A stretch of DNA of 64,000 bases from Malacoraja senta (taxonomy: Eukaryota), in contig CM075979.1 of assembly GCA_038087875.1 (NCBI GenBank), positions 45,694,001 to 45,758,000 of the forward strand. The letters run 5' to 3'. The position numbers were made by a program, and so were the translations under genes. The notes under the pieces were generated by a model. That model was given only the letters and a program-made list of their open reading frames with translations, was not told the origin of the DNA and did no database searches. Positions 61,851-64,000 of the stretch are shown in pieces (within the stretch, counting starts at the first letter, position 1; every line of letters begins with the position of its first letter).

Positions 61851-63301
61851 CTAATTTGCAGCGGTGTCGAGCGCCTGAGCCCCATCTTCCCTGCTTCCTG
61901 CTTCCCTTCCCCCCTCTTCCTCCCCTCTCCCCGATCCACTCTTCTTCCCCTTCTCCACCCTCCCCCACTCCCGTCACATCACCTTCTCCCCCTCTCCCTC
62001 CCTTCTCCAACCCCCCCCCCCCCACCCCCGCACTTTCCCTGACGGCTCCCATTTGTGGACCCAGCCTGTGACCAGCGATCCCTTGCACACTATCCCACAC
62101 ACGTTAGGGACAATTTATACAAACCTTTGGAGTGCAGGAGGTAACCCTAACCCTAACTCTAGGTTGATAGGCTTGATATTTATAAATTGTCCCTAGCATG
62201 TGTGGGATAGTGTGCGGGGGATCGCTGGTCGGTGCGGCCATGGTGGGCCGAAGGGCACAGTATCTCTGAACTAAATGTGACACAGGGGCCCCAGGGGTTG
62301 GACTTGAACCCTCAATATTCTGCATGGGAACTAAACTGTTGGTCACGAGTTATCCCAGAGGCAGGTCTCTCTTCCAATGGTCTCTCCAAACCCCTAGAGG
62401 CAGCGAGCTTCTCAACTGGGTACAGGCAATGTTATCAATGTACCACCCACCTGCTCCGGCCACTGAGTCTAATACCCACCACCCATTTTGAACCAAGGCA
62501 AGGGGTGGAGGGGGGAGGGGGGAAAGGTGGGGGTGATATTCCCAAAGTCTGCATTTATCCATAGTCAATGTTACTAGAACAGATGATGAGGCCTTTAGGC
62601 AGCACTATTCGTGTGATCTAGCTGTCACAGGCTGGGTCCACAAATGGGGGGCATCGGGGAAAGTGGGGGGGGGGGGGTTGGAAAATGAGAGAAGGGAAGG
62701 GGAGGGGGAGAAGGGGATGTGAGGGGAGGGGGGGGAGTGGAGAAGGAGGGATGGAGGCGGGAGGGAGGAAGAGGGGGGTGGAGGGAGTTCAGTCTACACT
62801 CACTGAATCCATCCCTGTGAAAAGTTAGAGACGGTGATTTGGATCTGGAAGCGGACCAATACAAAATAAAACTGAACAATCTTTTCATTTGCACAATTGA
62901 TTTTATTGTATTAATTTAAATATATTAATGTTTAAAATCCATGCATTGAAGGAAGAATATTTTACAGCCCATCTGTGGACCCTAACCCCAACCCTAGCCT
63001 TAACCCTAACCAGGCGTCACCCGCAGGACAGCATACGTCATCGTGTGACACTGCGCACGACATGATGAGACACCCAAGTGTCGCCCCTGGATTTTGAACA
63101 TTCCAAACACCTGGGGTGACAGGGAGACGCCGCGCGTCACTACATGCGTCACCACGCATCACGGCCCGACAACGATGCGGCAACCTCTTTTCAGAAAATG
63201 CCGCCCAAGTGGGACAGGATCTTAAATCCCTCACCCCACGGGAGGGGGAGAGAAACTGCAAAGCCACCTGCCCGCGTTTGGTTCATATCCCTCCAAACCT
63301 G

Positions 63302-63659
63302 ATAATAATAATAATAATGGATGGGATTTATATAGCGCCTTTCTAATACTCAAGGCGCTTTACATCACATTATTCATTCACTCCTCAGTCACACTCGGTG
63401 GTGGTGAGCTACTTCTGTAGCCACAGCTGCCCCTGGGGCAGACTGACGGAAGCGTGGCTGCTAATTTGCGCCTACGGCCCCTCCGACCACCACCAATCAC
63501 TCACACACATTCACACACATTCACACACATTCACACGCAGGCAAAGGTGGGTGAAGTGTCTTGCCCAAGGACACAACGACAGTATGCACTCCAAGCGGGA
63601 TTCGAACCGGCTACCTTCCAGTTGCCAGCCGAACACTTAGCCCATTGCGCCATCTGTCG
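63302..63659 (-). mobile_element. tRNA-derived SINE with L2-type tail (AFC/teleost-SINE-like)
   Basis: Minus strand: A box TGGCGCAATGG, B box GGTTCGAATCC, GTGTCCTTGGGCAAGACACTT core, AAAGCGCCTTGAG...GGCGCTATATAAAT and (ATT)n tail. Confidence 0.7.
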
Positions 63660-64000
63660 TCCCAATGGATCTATCCACATGGATCTATCCATGTGCCTCT
63701 CTCTGTCCCTGTCTTTCTATCTCAGGGCTCAAAATTAACGGTTGCCTGGATGTCAATCGTGTGACACCCAAAGCACCGCCAGGCAACCTAAAACCCCGGT
63801 CATTTTCCCCGGCTTGACACAGCAGATACTGGTTTATACCGAAGATAGACACAAAAAACTGGTGTAACTCAGCGGGTCAGGCAGCATCTCTGGAGAAAAG
63901 GAATAAGTGATGTTTCTGGTCATAGAAACATAGAAAATAGGTGCAGGAGGAGGCCATTCGGCCCTTCGATCATTGTGATCATGGCTGATCGTCCCCTATC

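Noticed and set aside
62984-63011. Interstitial telomere or chromosome fusion scar
   Set aside because: Only a few degenerate CCCTAA units embedded in a repeat (also about 62145); too short to support this.
58607-64000. V exon of the downstream paralogue
   Set aside because: No Ig-like frame or matching acceptor was found; it presumably lies beyond the window, which also implies the 200-N gap in the other copy hides several kb.

Overview
Vertebrate genomic DNA, almost certainly a cartilaginous fish (elasmobranch): it is dominated by CR1/HER1-type LINEs with (TTTCTATG)n tails, V-SINE/HE1-type SINEs and Penelope fragments. Hidden among the repeats on the + strand is a tandem array of B7-H6 (NCR3LG1)-like genes. 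One copy can be assembled completely from canonical AG/GT sites, with every intron in phase 1: signal peptide (6033-6162), IgV (9163-9501), IgC1 (12780-13100), transmembrane (16458-16571), then two further IgC1-type exons after the membrane anchor (18908-19339, lacking both canonical cysteines; 20558-20935), a frameshifted mini-exon (37006-37079) and an acidic terminal exon (38092-38231). This gives 617 aa without the mini-exon. The last exon of an upstream paralogue (1248-1387, early stop) and the first exon of a downstream paralogue (53370-53498, +1 frameshift) flank it, and both first exons have an ISRE/IRF motif just upstream of the ATG. The most notable feature is the predicted V-C1-TM-C1-C1 architecture with cytoplasmic Ig domains. 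Secondary findings are minimal hammerhead-like motifs in Penelope ends and in small dispersed units, Helitron-like elements of different subfamilies at the same paralogous site, and an L1 insertion that removes a candidate poly(A) signal. Caveats: the exon 1 to V link crosses a 200-N gap, there is no transcript evidence, family assignments are from remembered motifs rather than database searches, and most repeat boundaries are approximate.
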